DNA of 64,000 nucleotides from NCBI GenBank assembly GCA_027491915.1, contig JAOZGC010000002.1, positions 384,001 through 448,000 of the forward strand, written 5' to 3'. The translations under genes were made by a program, and so were the position numbers. The stretch comes from Thermoproteota archaeon. GTDB lineage: Archaea > Korarchaeota > Korarchaeia > Korarchaeales > Korarchaeaceae. Shown one piece after another: positions 54,498 through 63,387 of the stretch. A model generated the notes under the pieces. It was not told where the DNA came from. It did no database searches and worked only from the letters and a program-made list of their open reading frames with translations. Each line of letters begins with the position of its first letter. Position 1 is the first letter of the stretch.

Positions 54498-55622
54498 CTA
54501 CTCGAACTCTATCGTGGCCGGCGGCTTGGGCGTCAGGTCGTAGTAGAGCGCCCCGGCCCCGGGGACCCGGCGTCGGATCCCCTCGGCGATCTCCCCCAGG
54601 ACCCCCGGCGGCGGGAGGCACGCCTCGGCCGTCATGAAGTCCTCCGTGGACACCGCCCTGGCGGCCACGGCCAGCCGCCCGCCCCCCCACCTGTCAACCT
54701 CCATCAGGACCCTGACGGCCCCCGGCTCGGCCGCCAGGAGCTCCCCCCTGACGGGGGCCGCCGCGTCCGGGTAGTCTACCCCGGAGACGACCAGGATCTT
54801 GCCCAGCCTCCTCTGATCCCCCTTGACGCCCGTGGCCCTGGCGTCGAGCTCCCTCACTTCCACCCCCACCTCCCGGGCCAGGTCGGGCCTCTCCCTACCC
54901 CCGTCCTCGAGCGCGGCTGCCAGGGTCTGGGAGCAGCCCAGGGCCAGGAGGGCCGGTTCCACCACGCCCGAGGCCGCGCGGGCTGCCCCGAGCTTGTCCG
55001 GGGTGCACTCTCCGAGGCACCTGACCAGGAGCCCCGGTCCGGGGAAGGGCTGCCTCTCGACCACGGCCCGCGGGAGCCCGAGGTGCCTGGCGAGTTCCCT
55101 CACCTGATCCTTGTACAGGTCCCTTAGGGGCTCAACGACCGAGAAGCCGTACCTCTCCAGGGACCTTATCCCCACCTGCTCCAGGACGTTGTGCTGGGTC
55201 TTTATCCCGCCGACGGTCTCTATCACGTCCGGCGCTATGGTGCCCTGGACCAGCCACCGGGCCCCCACCTCGCCGGCCAGCCCAGCCAGGGCCGAGTAGA
55301 AGGCCTCCCTGAAGGCCACCCTCTTCTCCTCCGGATCGGACAGCCCGCTCACGGCCGCCGAGAACTCGGCCGACAGGTCGACCACCTGGGGGTCGAGGAC
55401 CCCCCCCAGCTCCCGGGCCACCTCGGCCGCCTCCCCCTCCCTGAGGAAGCCGGTGTCCAAGACGACCGCGTGGAGCCTGTCTCCCACGGCCCTCCGGGCC
55501 AGGACCGCGGCGACCGCGCTGTCTACCCCGCCGGACACGGCCGCCAGGGCCTCTCCCCTTATCTCCGACCTGAGCCTCCCGACCACCTCGGCCTCGAAGG
55601 AGAGGGGATCGAACCCCCGCAT
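54498..55622 (-). CDS. guaAB: GMP synthase ATP pyrophosphatase subunit
   Basis: SGGVDS, DPEEKR, QGTIAPDVIE, IKTQHNV, QPFPGPGL, KPPATIEFE. Confidence 0.92.
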   Translation of the reverse strand: MRGFDPLSFEAEVVGRLRSEIRGEALAAVSGGVDSAVAAVLARRAVGDRLHAVVLDTGFLREGEAAEVARELGGVLDPQVVDLSAEFSAAVSGLSDPEEKRVAFREAFYSALAGLAGEVGARWLVQGTIAPDVIETVGGIKTQHNVLEQVGIRSLERYGFSVVEPLRDLYKDQVRELARHLGLPRAVVERQPFPGPGLLVRCLGECTPDKLGAARAASGVVEPALLALGCSQTLAAALEDGGRERPDLAREVGVEVRELDARATGVKGDQRRLGKILVVSGVDYPDAAAPVRGELLAAEPGAVRVLMEVDRWGGGRLAVAARAVSTEDFMTAEACLPPPGVLGEIAEGIRRRVPGAGALYYDLTPKPPATIEFE

Positions 55623-55855
55623 AAACGACCTCCCGGGCCGCCGTTAAAAAGGCGGCGAGCGTCCCTTCCCTTCCAGCCCATGCGACCGTTGACGAGTCGA
55701 CCGGCCCCCCTCCTTCACCGTTCCTCAAATCCCGCGCCGAGAAGCCATTGGGAACCGGAGACTTACTCAGATTGGCCGGCGGGAGCCTCACCCTCGGGCG
55801 CTCCCGGGATGATCAACTTTTTTTCGATCCGACGGGGCCCGGCCCCCGATCCGAC

Positions 55856-57205
55856 ATGGTCCGCAGGCCGAAGATCGTGGTGGAGCCCCCGGGCCCCAAG
55901 GCCAGGGAGATCATAGCCAGGGACGAGGCCGTGCTGTCCAGGTCCCTAACCAGGACCGCCCCGCTGGTCGGGGTCGGGGCGGAGGGGGTCTGGGTCAGGG
56001 ACATAGACGGGAACGAGTTCCTGGACTTCGGGTCGGGAATAGCCGTCACCAACGTGGGCCACATGCACCCCAGGGTGGTGGAGACCGTCAAGAGGGAGGT
56101 GGAGAGGCTGATATTCGTCAACAGCTTCGACTTCCACACCGTCCCCCAGGTGAACCTGGCCGAGAGGCTGGTCCGGATAACCCCCGGAAGCTTCAGGAAG
56201 CGGGTTTTCTTCGTCAACAGCGGCACCGAGGCGGTGGAGTGCGCCATAAAGGCCTCCAGGTACAGGACGGGCCGCTACTACACCGTGGCCTTCATAAACT
56301 CCTTCCACGGCAGGACCATGGGGTCGCTGGCCCTTACCTCCACCTCCACGACCGCCAGGAGGAGGTTCCAGCCCATGATGCCCGGGGTGGTCCACGCCCC
56401 CTACCCCTACTGCTACAGGTGCCCCCTGGGGCACAGGGAGGGCCCCCCGGACTGCGGGTTCGCCTGCCTCTCCTACCTGGAGGATCAGATACTGGGCCAC
56501 GTGGCCCCCCCTGACGAGGTGTCCGCCATAGTATTCGAGCCCATCCAGGGGGCCGGAGGTTACGTGGTCCCCCCGGGGGAGTGGGTCAGGGGGCTGAGGA
56601 GGATCGCCGACGAGCACGGCATACCCCTGATAGCGGACGAGGTCCAGTCCGGCATGGGGAGGACCGGCCGGTGGTGCGCGGTCGAGCACTTCGGGGTGGT
56701 CCCCGACGGGGTCACCCTCTCCAAGGCCATAGCGGCCGGCTTCCCGTTCGGGGCGTTCGTCGGGAGGGCCGACCTGCTCGAGTGGGAGCCGGGGGCCCAC
56801 GAGAACACGCTGGGCGGGAACCCGGTGCTGGCCAGCGTGGCCCTCACGGTCCTGGACGTGATCGAGGAGGAGCGCCTCATGGAGAACGCCGAGCGGGTCG
56901 GCTCCCACATGATGGGGAGGCTGAGGGACATGGCGTCCGAGCACGAGGTCGTGGGGGACGTGAGGGGGAAGGGCCTGATGATAGGGGTGGAGTTCGTCAG
57001 GGACAGGGAGACCAGAGAGCCTGCCCCGAGGGTGAAGTCGGAGGTGATAAGGAGGGCCTTCAAGAGGGGGCTGATCCTCCTGGGGGCCGGGAGGTCCAGC
57101 CTCAGGCTGGCCCCGCCCCTCGTGATAACCGAGGAGGAGGCGGACGTGGGCCTGGACATACTGGAGGAGGTGATAGGGGAGGTCGAGGGGGACCTCCTCT
57201 CCTGA
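55856..57205 (+). CDS. Class III PLP aminotransferase (GABA/ornithine-AT-like)
   Basis: NSGTEAVE, FHGRT, EPIQG, ADEVQSGMGRTG, LSKAIAAG, TLGGNP, RLAPPL. Confidence 0.9.
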   Translation: MVRRPKIVVEPPGPKAREIIARDEAVLSRSLTRTAPLVGVGAEGVWVRDIDGNEFLDFGSGIAVTNVGHMHPRVVETVKREVERLIFVNSFDFHTVPQVNLAERLVRITPGSFRKRVFFVNSGTEAVECAIKASRYRTGRYYTVAFINSFHGRTMGSLALTSTSTTARRRFQPMMPGVVHAPYPYCYRCPLGHREGPPDCGFACLSYLEDQILGHVAPPDEVSAIVFEPIQGAGGYVVPPGEWVRGLRRIADEHGIPLIADEVQSGMGRTGRWCAVEHFGVVPDGVTLSKAIAAGFPFGAFVGRADLLEWEPGAHENTLGGNPVLASVALTVLDVIEEERLMENAERVGSHMMGRLRDMASEHEVVGDVRGKGLMIGVEFVRDRETREPAPRVKSEVIRRAFKRGLILLGAGRSSLRLAPPLVITEEEADVGLDILEEVIGEVEGDLLS

Positions 57206-57261
57206 CCCGACCCCGGAGGGATTAAAATGTCCGCCCGCCCGCGGATCGCGGTGGACGCGGA

Positions 57262-58281
57262 ATGACGTCCCGTCCCCTCCTGCTGGCGGTCCTGGTCCTG
57301 GCGCTCCTACCCAACCCGCCCGCGATATCCCGGGCTGGCGGGACGACCAGGAGGGTGGCCGTCTACTCCAACGACATAGACTGGGGACTGTGCGGGGCCG
57401 AGATAACCGAGGCCGCCGCCAGGGCCGGGGTCGTCCTGGACCGGGTGAGCGACCCCTCCCTGCTCCGGGACTACGACGCGGTCATAGTGCTCGGGGGGCA
57501 CATGGCCCCGACCGACCGGTCCATGCCCGACAACATCGCCTCCGACTACCTCACCCCCGACCAGAGGTCCAGACTGGAGGGGGAGCCGGACGCCGAGATA
57601 GTGGTGGTCGTGCCGGGCCGCCCGGAGATCTTCGTCTTCGCCGGCCACGACAGGTACGACACCAGGGACCTGGCCCTCTCGGACTCCGACGGGGACGGGT
57701 GGGGCAACGCCGCGGAGGTGGTCCGGGGCTCGAGGTTCGACTCCCCGGAGGGACCCCTGTGGGGGAGGGAGGTGCTGCTGATAGTCTCCCACGACGGCTT
57801 CCAGGACGTCGAGTACTCCACGGTCAGGGACCACCTGGAGTCTCGGGGGGCCTCGATCTCGGTGGCGAGCGACCTACCCGGAACGGCCAGGGGCGTCTCC
57901 GGGACGGAGGTTCACGTGGACCTCACCCTGGACGAGGTCTCGGTCTCCGACTACGACGCCGTGATCTTCATAGGGGGCCCGGGGACCCCCCAGCACCTCT
58001 GGGGCGACGGGCGGGCCGAGGCCATAGCCTCCCAGGCCGCGGCGCTCGGGATCCCGCTGGGGGCGATATGCCTGGCCCCCGGGGTCCTGGCCGACGCGGG
58101 GGTCCTGAGGGGGAGGAGGGCGACCGTCTACCCCGACCCCTCGGCCGTCCAGAAACTCCTGGACGGGGGCGCGGAGTACGTCGACGAGCCCGTCGTGGTG
58201 GACGGAACGATAGTGACCGCGAGGGACCCGGCCGCCGCCCGCGCCTTCGCCAGGGAGATCTCGAGGCTCCTCAGGTGGTGA
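57262..58281 (+). CDS. Secreted DJ-1/PfpI-domain protein with N-terminal S-layer/CWB2-like domain
   Basis: Signal peptide; VIVLGG..AGHDRYDT; DSDGDGW; FQDVEY, IGGPG, GAICLAP, DGTIVTARDP. Confidence 0.8.
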   Translation: MTSRPLLLAVLVLALLPNPPAISRAGGTTRRVAVYSNDIDWGLCGAEITEAAARAGVVLDRVSDPSLLRDYDAVIVLGGHMAPTDRSMPDNIASDYLTPDQRSRLEGEPDAEIVVVVPGRPEIFVFAGHDRYDTRDLALSDSDGDGWGNAAEVVRGSRFDSPEGPLWGREVLLIVSHDGFQDVEYSTVRDHLESRGASISVASDLPGTARGVSGTEVHVDLTLDEVSVSDYDAVIFIGGPGTPQHLWGDGRAEAIASQAAALGIPLGAICLAPGVLADAGVLRGRRATVYPDPSAVQKLLDGGAEYVDEPVVVDGTIVTARDPAAARAFAREISRLLRW

Positions 58282-58352
58282 GGGCCCAGAAGTGAAGGGC
58301 CAAACGGGAAAAAGGAGGTGGGTGTGGAGGGAGACGCGTGGCGGGCTCGGGT

Positions 58353-58700
58353 TCAGAGCCCCTTCTCCTCGAGCTCTATCTCGATCCCGCCGACCATCCC
58401 CGCGACCACGTTGTACAGGAAGGCGGCTATGGCCCCCACTATGCCCGCGATGACCCCGTAGATTATCCCGCCTATTATGGCCCCGACCAGGCCGATCCCG
58501 GCGAAGGCCAGCCCACCTCCCGTCACGGCCGGGCCGTGGCTCGGGGGCATCCCGAGGCCGGGACCCATACCGTAACCGTAGATCGACGGGAGCCCTATCA
58601 GGGCTATCAGGATCCCTATTATCAGGCCCAGGATTATACCCAGGACCAGGTAGACCTTGAAGACGGAGAACACCCCTATGTGGGTCAGCTCGTACCTCAA
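58353..58700 (-). CDS. Small membrane protein (DUF3566-like)
   Basis: IGVFSVFKV...FLYNVVAGMVGGIEIEL; two TM segments. Confidence 0.7.
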   Translation of the reverse strand: MRYELTHIGVFSVFKVYLVLGIILGLIIGILIALIGLPSIYGYGMGPGLGMPPSHGPAVTGGGLAFAGIGLVGAIIGGIIYGVIAGIVGAIAAFLYNVVAGMVGGIEIELEEKGL

Positions 58701-58840
58701 CCGCCGTCACCCCCGAGACCCGGGATCGCCTGAATATAAACGATGCCACCGCCGGCCGTAAAATCTGAGTCTGGGACCGGTCCCGAAGGGCGGGAGCGGC
58801 CCTTATATGCCGGATCCCGGGGGGAGGGGGGGGTGATCTC

Positions 58841-59137
58841 TTGGCCGTCGAGCTGAGGAGGAAGGCCCGAGCGTTCGTCCTGGTCTCGACCAAGCCGGGG
58901 GCCGAGGTGGGCGTGGCCCAGAGGCTCCTCACCTACCCGGAGGTCGTGGAGGCCCACGTCATACCGGGGGAGTACGACGTCCTGGCCGTCCTGGAGATCA
59001 GGAGGGACATAGTGGCCCCGAGCTCCGAGGAGATAATGGACTTCGTCATCAACACCGTGGCCAAGATGGACGGCGTGGAGGACACCCACACGATAATACC
59101 CAGCCACTCCTGGAGCAAGCTGCCGGGGGCGGGGTGA
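58841..59137 (+). CDS. Stand-alone Lrp/AsnC ligand-binding domain
   Basis: AFVLV, PEVVEAHVIPGEYDV, GVEDTHT. Confidence 0.85.
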   Translation: MAVELRRKARAFVLVSTKPGAEVGVAQRLLTYPEVVEAHVIPGEYDVLAVLEIRRDIVAPSSEEIMDFVINTVAKMDGVEDTHTIIPSHSWSKLPGAG

Positions 59138-59150
59138 CCGCCCGGCCCCC

Positions 59151-60227
59151 TCAGGGGATTATCTCCGTGGTGTTGTTGTAGGGGGGGTAGAGGACCTCTC
59201 CGGGGTCTATCCTCCCCTCGCCGATCAGGGCCCGGACCTCGTCGGCCACCGAGAGCACCTCGTCCACCAGGTGCCTGGTAAGGTCGCAGAGGGCCTCGAA
59301 TCCCTCCTCCCCCCAGAGCCTCTCGACGTGGGCGTAGAGGCACCTCCCCCCGCAGTACCTGAGGTAGGGGCACGACGCGCAGGGCTCCCCTATCGAGACC
59401 CTCCCCGGGAGATCCCCGGGCCCAACCGAGCCGAGCCTCCCCAGCTCGGCCCACCCCTCGGCCACGGCTATGGGGCACGCCAGTACCCTGCCGTCGGTGG
59501 ACACGGCGAAGGCGTCCCTCCCGGCCCCGCAGGGCGGGATCCCCATGGACTCTCCCGTGAGCTCCACCCTCAGCACCCCGAGCACCGGGACCAACCCCGG
59601 GACCCTGCCCTCCCTGGCCTCGGAGATCCAGTAGTCGACCAGCCTGGAGACCCCCGGCTTGTAGACGCGCTCGGCCCACCCCCGGAAGTCCGCCCACCCC
59701 TCGCTCCAGACGGCGTCTATCTGCCAGTGGACGTGGTCGAATAGGCCCAGCTCGAGCAGGTGCCTGGCGTCCCTGTAGACGTCGCTCCCCTCGGAGACGG
59801 TCATCCTGGCTATCAGGTCCCCGGAGAAGCCGACCTCCCTCAGCCACCTGGCCGAGGACAGGACGGTCCGGTACACCCCCCTGCCCCTGTAGCCGTCGGT
59901 GACCCCTTCCGGCCCGTCTATGGACAGCAGGACGGCGTCCATCCTCCTCCAGTACTCCGGGGGGAGCGCCCTGACCGCGGTCCCGTTGGTCTGCACCACG
60001 AACCTCCTGGCCGGCACCGCGTCCATGACCTCCATTATGAAACCCGGGTTTAGGAGGGGTTCCCCCCCGTAGAAGGCTATCGTGGCGTCTCCGTCCCCCT
60101 CCACGAGCCTTATCAGGTCTCCGAGATCGTACTCCACCCGCCACGGGACGATCTCGGGGTTGAAGCTCCCCCCGCAGTAGGAGCACCTCAGGTTGCACCT
60201 GCCGGTGGTGAACACGAAGTACAGCAA
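59151..60227 (-). CDS. Radical SAM/SPASM protein, AF0577-like archaeal family
   Basis: CNLRCSYCGG, FYGGEP, QTNG, SIDG, CGAG, ACP, CASC..CGGRC, C-terminal NNTTEIIP. Confidence 0.82.
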   Translation of the reverse strand: MLYFVFTTGRCNLRCSYCGGSFNPEIVPWRVEYDLGDLIRLVEGDGDATIAFYGGEPLLNPGFIMEVMDAVPARRFVVQTNGTAVRALPPEYWRRMDAVLLSIDGPEGVTDGYRGRGVYRTVLSSARWLREVGFSGDLIARMTVSEGSDVYRDARHLLELGLFDHVHWQIDAVWSEGWADFRGWAERVYKPGVSRLVDYWISEAREGRVPGLVPVLGVLRVELTGESMGIPPCGAGRDAFAVSTDGRVLACPIAVAEGWAELGRLGSVGPGDLPGRVSIGEPCASCPYLRYCGGRCLYAHVERLWGEEGFEALCDLTRHLVDEVLSVADEVRALIGEGRIDPGEVLYPPYNNTTEIIP

Positions 60228-60287
60228 CGGCGGCGGGGGGTCCGGGATCGGGTCGGGTTATAAACGTCCGCCCCCCGCCGGGTCTGG

Positions 60288-60941
60288 ATGCTCGTCGCCG
60301 GGGTGGACGAGGCCGGCAGGGGTCCGGTCATAGGGCCCATGGTCCTGGCCGCGGTGATGATCGAGGACGGAGACGAGGAGACCCTGGCCGAGGCCGGCGT
60401 CAGGGACTCGAAGCTCGTTCCTCCCGGCGAGAGGAGGAGGCTGGCCGCCCTGATAAGGGAGCTGGCGGTGGACTGGAGGGTGGAAGTCATCCCAGCCAGG
60501 ACCGTGGACTCCTTCGCCTCCTCCGGGGGGCTGAACCGTCTGGAGGCCGAGGTCGCGGCGCGGCTGCTGTCCTCGCTGAGGCCCGCCCCCGAGACCGCGG
60601 TGGTGGACGCCCCCGAGAGGAAGCCGGGGAGGTTCTCCCGCCTCCTGGCCGCCAGGGTGAGAATCCCCAGGCTGTTGACCGTGGCGGAGGCAGACAGGAG
60701 GTATCCGGTGGTGTCCGCCGCATCCATACTCGCTAAGGAGGAGAGGGAGGCGAGGGTGGCCGATCTGAGGGAGAGGCTCGGCGACTTCGGCAGCGGGTAC
60801 CCCCACGACCCGAAGACCATAGAGTTCCTCAGGAGGGTCCTCTCGTCCGGGGAGGTTCCGCCGGAGGTCAGGAGGAGCTGGCTCACCGTGTCCAGGGTCA
60901 GGAGGGAGCTGGGATTGGATTCGCTGGAGGGCTACCTCTGA
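60288..60941 (+). CDS. rnhB: Ribonuclease HII
   Basis: GVDEAGRGPVIGP, DSK, VSAASILAK, GSGYPHDP, PIP-box-like tail SLEGYL. Confidence 0.95.
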   Translation: MLVAGVDEAGRGPVIGPMVLAAVMIEDGDEETLAEAGVRDSKLVPPGERRRLAALIRELAVDWRVEVIPARTVDSFASSGGLNRLEAEVAARLLSSLRPAPETAVVDAPERKPGRFSRLLAARVRIPRLLTVAEADRRYPVVSAASILAKEEREARVADLRERLGDFGSGYPHDPKTIEFLRRVLSSGEVPPEVRRSWLTVSRVRRELGLDSLEGYL

Positions 60942-60967
60942 CGATCAGTTAAGATTATTTCTGCGGG

Positions 60968-61591
60968 TTGCCGGTGTCGCCGGAGTTGGACTTGGCCGCC
61001 GAGATCCTCTGGGGGGCAGCCGCGGCGGGGCTGGCCTTTCTCGGGATCCTGGTATACCTGGCGATCCACAGGAGGATAGCCGCCAGGGGGGGAGTGGTCC
61101 CCGAGCCCGATCCCCTGCGCAGGCTGGCCCTCAAGCTGGCCGCCTACGCCTCGGTCCTGGTGGCGGTCGGTCAGGGGTGGGACCTGCTGTACGGGTACCT
61201 GACCAGCGTGGTCGGGAGGGTCAGGCTGGAGCCCGTCAGGGTGGCCAGGGTGGACGAGCTCGGGCCCGGTCAGTTCGTCTACTTCACCCTGCCGGTCCAC
61301 CCCGACATGACCCCGGGGGACCACCAGTGCATGCTCATAAGGCTGGAGCCGGAGGAGGCGGCCTCCCTGGGGGAGGAGTTCGTGGCCTACAGCGCGGTCT
61401 GCACCCACCTGGGGTGCATAGTGCAGTACAAGCCTGATCAGGACGACATATACTGCCCGTGCCACGCCGGGATATTCGACCTCTCCGGAAAGAACGTGTC
61501 CGGTCCACCCCCGAGGCCCCTCCCCAGGGTGGAGATAGAGGTCACCGAGGACGGCGAGGTTATCGCCCTGGGGTGGGCGGGGGAGCGTTAA
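60968..61591 (+). CDS. Rieske [2Fe-2S] protein of a Rieske/cytochrome b complex
   Basis: CTHLGC, CPCHAG, GPPPRPL; two N-terminal hydrophobic segments; start may be TTG 60986. Confidence 0.9.
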   Translation: MPVSPELDLAAEILWGAAAAGLAFLGILVYLAIHRRIAARGGVVPEPDPLRRLALKLAAYASVLVAVGQGWDLLYGYLTSVVGRVRLEPVRVARVDELGPGQFVYFTLPVHPDMTPGDHQCMLIRLEPEEAASLGEEFVAYSAVCTHLGCIVQYKPDQDDIYCPCHAGIFDLSGKNVSGPPPRPLPRVEIEVTEDGEVIALGWAGER

Positions 61592-61630
61592 GTTTTTTGC
61601 CTGCCTCCCCTCCGGGGCCCGGCGATCGCC

Positions 61631-61870
61631 ATGGGGAAGATCCGGGTCACCATAGACCGGGACTCCTGCATATCCGACTTCGCCTGCGTCGCCGTATGCC
61701 CCGACGTCTTCGAGATGGCCGACGACGGGAAGAGCGCCATAACCGAGCAGTACAGGGTGGGCGGGGATCTGGGGGTCGGGGAGGTCCCCGACGACCTGGA
61801 GGACTGCGTGAACCAGGCCGTGGACATATGCCCGGTCAAGATCATAAAGGCCGAGAAGGTGGGGGGCTGA
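61631..61870 (+). CDS. fdx: Monocluster ferredoxin, Pyrococcus type (Cys-x2-Asp-x2-Cys)
   Basis: CISDFACVAVCPDVFEM...DC...DICPV. Confidence 0.92.
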   Translation: MGKIRVTIDRDSCISDFACVAVCPDVFEMADDGKSAITEQYRVGGDLGVGEVPDDLEDCVNQAVDICPVKIIKAEKVGG

Positions 61871-61915
61871 GCCCCTCCCCTCCCATCTTTTGACGGTCGC
61901 GGCGGGGGAGTCCGG

Positions 61916-63304
61916 GTGCCCGGTCGGAGGGGTACCCTGGGTCCCTGGCTCAGGACCCACTCCATATGCAAGATACCCGCGCACTCCCTCGGCCCACTGA
62001 ACGGTCTTGGGGGCCTGGCGGCCCTGATGCTCGGCGTGGAGGCGCTGACCGGGATCCTCCTCTCCCTCTTCTACGTCCCCAGGTTCGGCGGGGAGAACCT
62101 GGCCTACCGGAGCATAGTGGCGATTACCAGCGAGGTGAGGTACGGGCTCCTCCTGAGGTCCGTCCACTACCACGCCGGCAACCTGATGCTGCTGCTGTCG
62201 GTGGCCCACTTCCTGAAGACCTACATCCTGGGGAACTACGCCCAGCCCAAGGGGCTCTCCCACCTGCTGGGGGTGGCGACCGGGCTGACCGCCGTGGCCG
62301 CGGCCGTGACGGGCTACTCCATGAGGGCCGACTACGTGGGGGTGGAGGCCATACTGATAGGCCAGAACCTGGTCAAGGCCCTGCCCATGGGCGGGCTGAT
62401 CTTCAGGGCGATCTACGGGACGGGGGGGATGGACGACTCGCTCCTCAGGTACAACGCTCTGCACTTCACCCTGGGGGGCCTCCTCTTCCTGGAGCTTCTC
62501 CTCCACGTCTGGTTCAGCCACAGGCACCACGCCGCCCCCCCGGCCGACGGGTCCAGGCCCAGGCCCCTGATGCCGGTGTGGCCCAACTTCTTCCTCTCCG
62601 TCTCCTCGGGCGCCCTGATGGCCGTCGGGGCCCTCTTGGTGTTATCCTCCCTCTTCCCCCCCGGCCTGGCCGAGCCATACGTCCCCGGGACCGCGATACC
62701 GCCGGGAGTCCCGGAGTGGTTCATGGTGGCGGACTACACCCTAATCAAGAGCGGGATCCACCCCGGATTCGCCGGTGTGTTCGTCCCGCTGGCGGCCGTC
62801 GCCCCGATAGCCCTGATGCCGTGGATAGAGGGGACCGGGGACCGGGACCGGAGGATAGGGAAGAGGAGGTTCGCGGCGGCCTACCTGGCCGCCTTCATGT
62901 CCGTGTTCGCAGTCTTCACGGTCTGGGGGTACCTCACCGTCGGGGAGCAGGTCTCCCTGGAGGCCGAGCTGGCGGTCGGCGCGGCCGCCGCGGCCGTCCC
63001 CGCCGCCGCGGTCCTCTGGCTCACGAGGGTCCCCAGGGTCAGGTGGCCCGCCCGCCCGGGCACCGCCCCCGGGGACCGCGCCCCCCGGGACCGCCTCGCC
63101 GCCCTCGGTTCCGGCATACTGTCGTCGGCCGGGAAGATCTGCTGGACGGCGCTGGCGGGGCAGGTCGCGATAGCCTACCTGGGGTGGTCCCTGTCCCAGC
63201 GCGGGGAGTGGCTCTGGGCCGGGGCCTCCCTCGGCGCCTCCCTGATGCTGGCCGGGCTCACGGTCCTGGTGGCCAAGGCGGCGACCCTGGACTCCCCGGT
63301 GTGA
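61916..63304 (+). CDS. Cytochrome b (unsplit, with C-terminal TM extension)
   Basis: LTGILL, RSVH-x13-H, TGY, ALH-x13-H, Qo motif PEWF. Confidence 0.88.
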   Translation: MPGRRGTLGPWLRTHSICKIPAHSLGPLNGLGGLAALMLGVEALTGILLSLFYVPRFGGENLAYRSIVAITSEVRYGLLLRSVHYHAGNLMLLLSVAHFLKTYILGNYAQPKGLSHLLGVATGLTAVAAAVTGYSMRADYVGVEAILIGQNLVKALPMGGLIFRAIYGTGGMDDSLLRYNALHFTLGGLLFLELLLHVWFSHRHHAAPPADGSRPRPLMPVWPNFFLSVSSGALMAVGALLVLSSLFPPGLAEPYVPGTAIPPGVPEWFMVADYTLIKSGIHPGFAGVFVPLAAVAPIALMPWIEGTGDRDRRIGKRRFAAAYLAAFMSVFAVFTVWGYLTVGEQVSLEAELAVGAAAAAVPAAAVLWLTRVPRVRWPARPGTAPGDRAPRDRLAALGSGILSSAGKICWTALAGQVAIAYLGWSLSQRGEWLWAGASLGASLMLAGLTVLVAKAATLDSPV

Positions 63305-63352
63305 GCCCGGACGTGTTTTCCATTATTGGTAACGTGCCCGAGAAAAGATAAC

Positions 63353-63364
63353 GTTTAATTAAAC
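63353..63364. promoter_or_regulatory. Palindromic TATA element
   Basis: GTTTAATTAAAC about 25 nt upstream of TTG 63388. Confidence 0.45.
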
Positions 63365-63387
63365 TTCCGGTGGGCGCCCCGGCGAAA

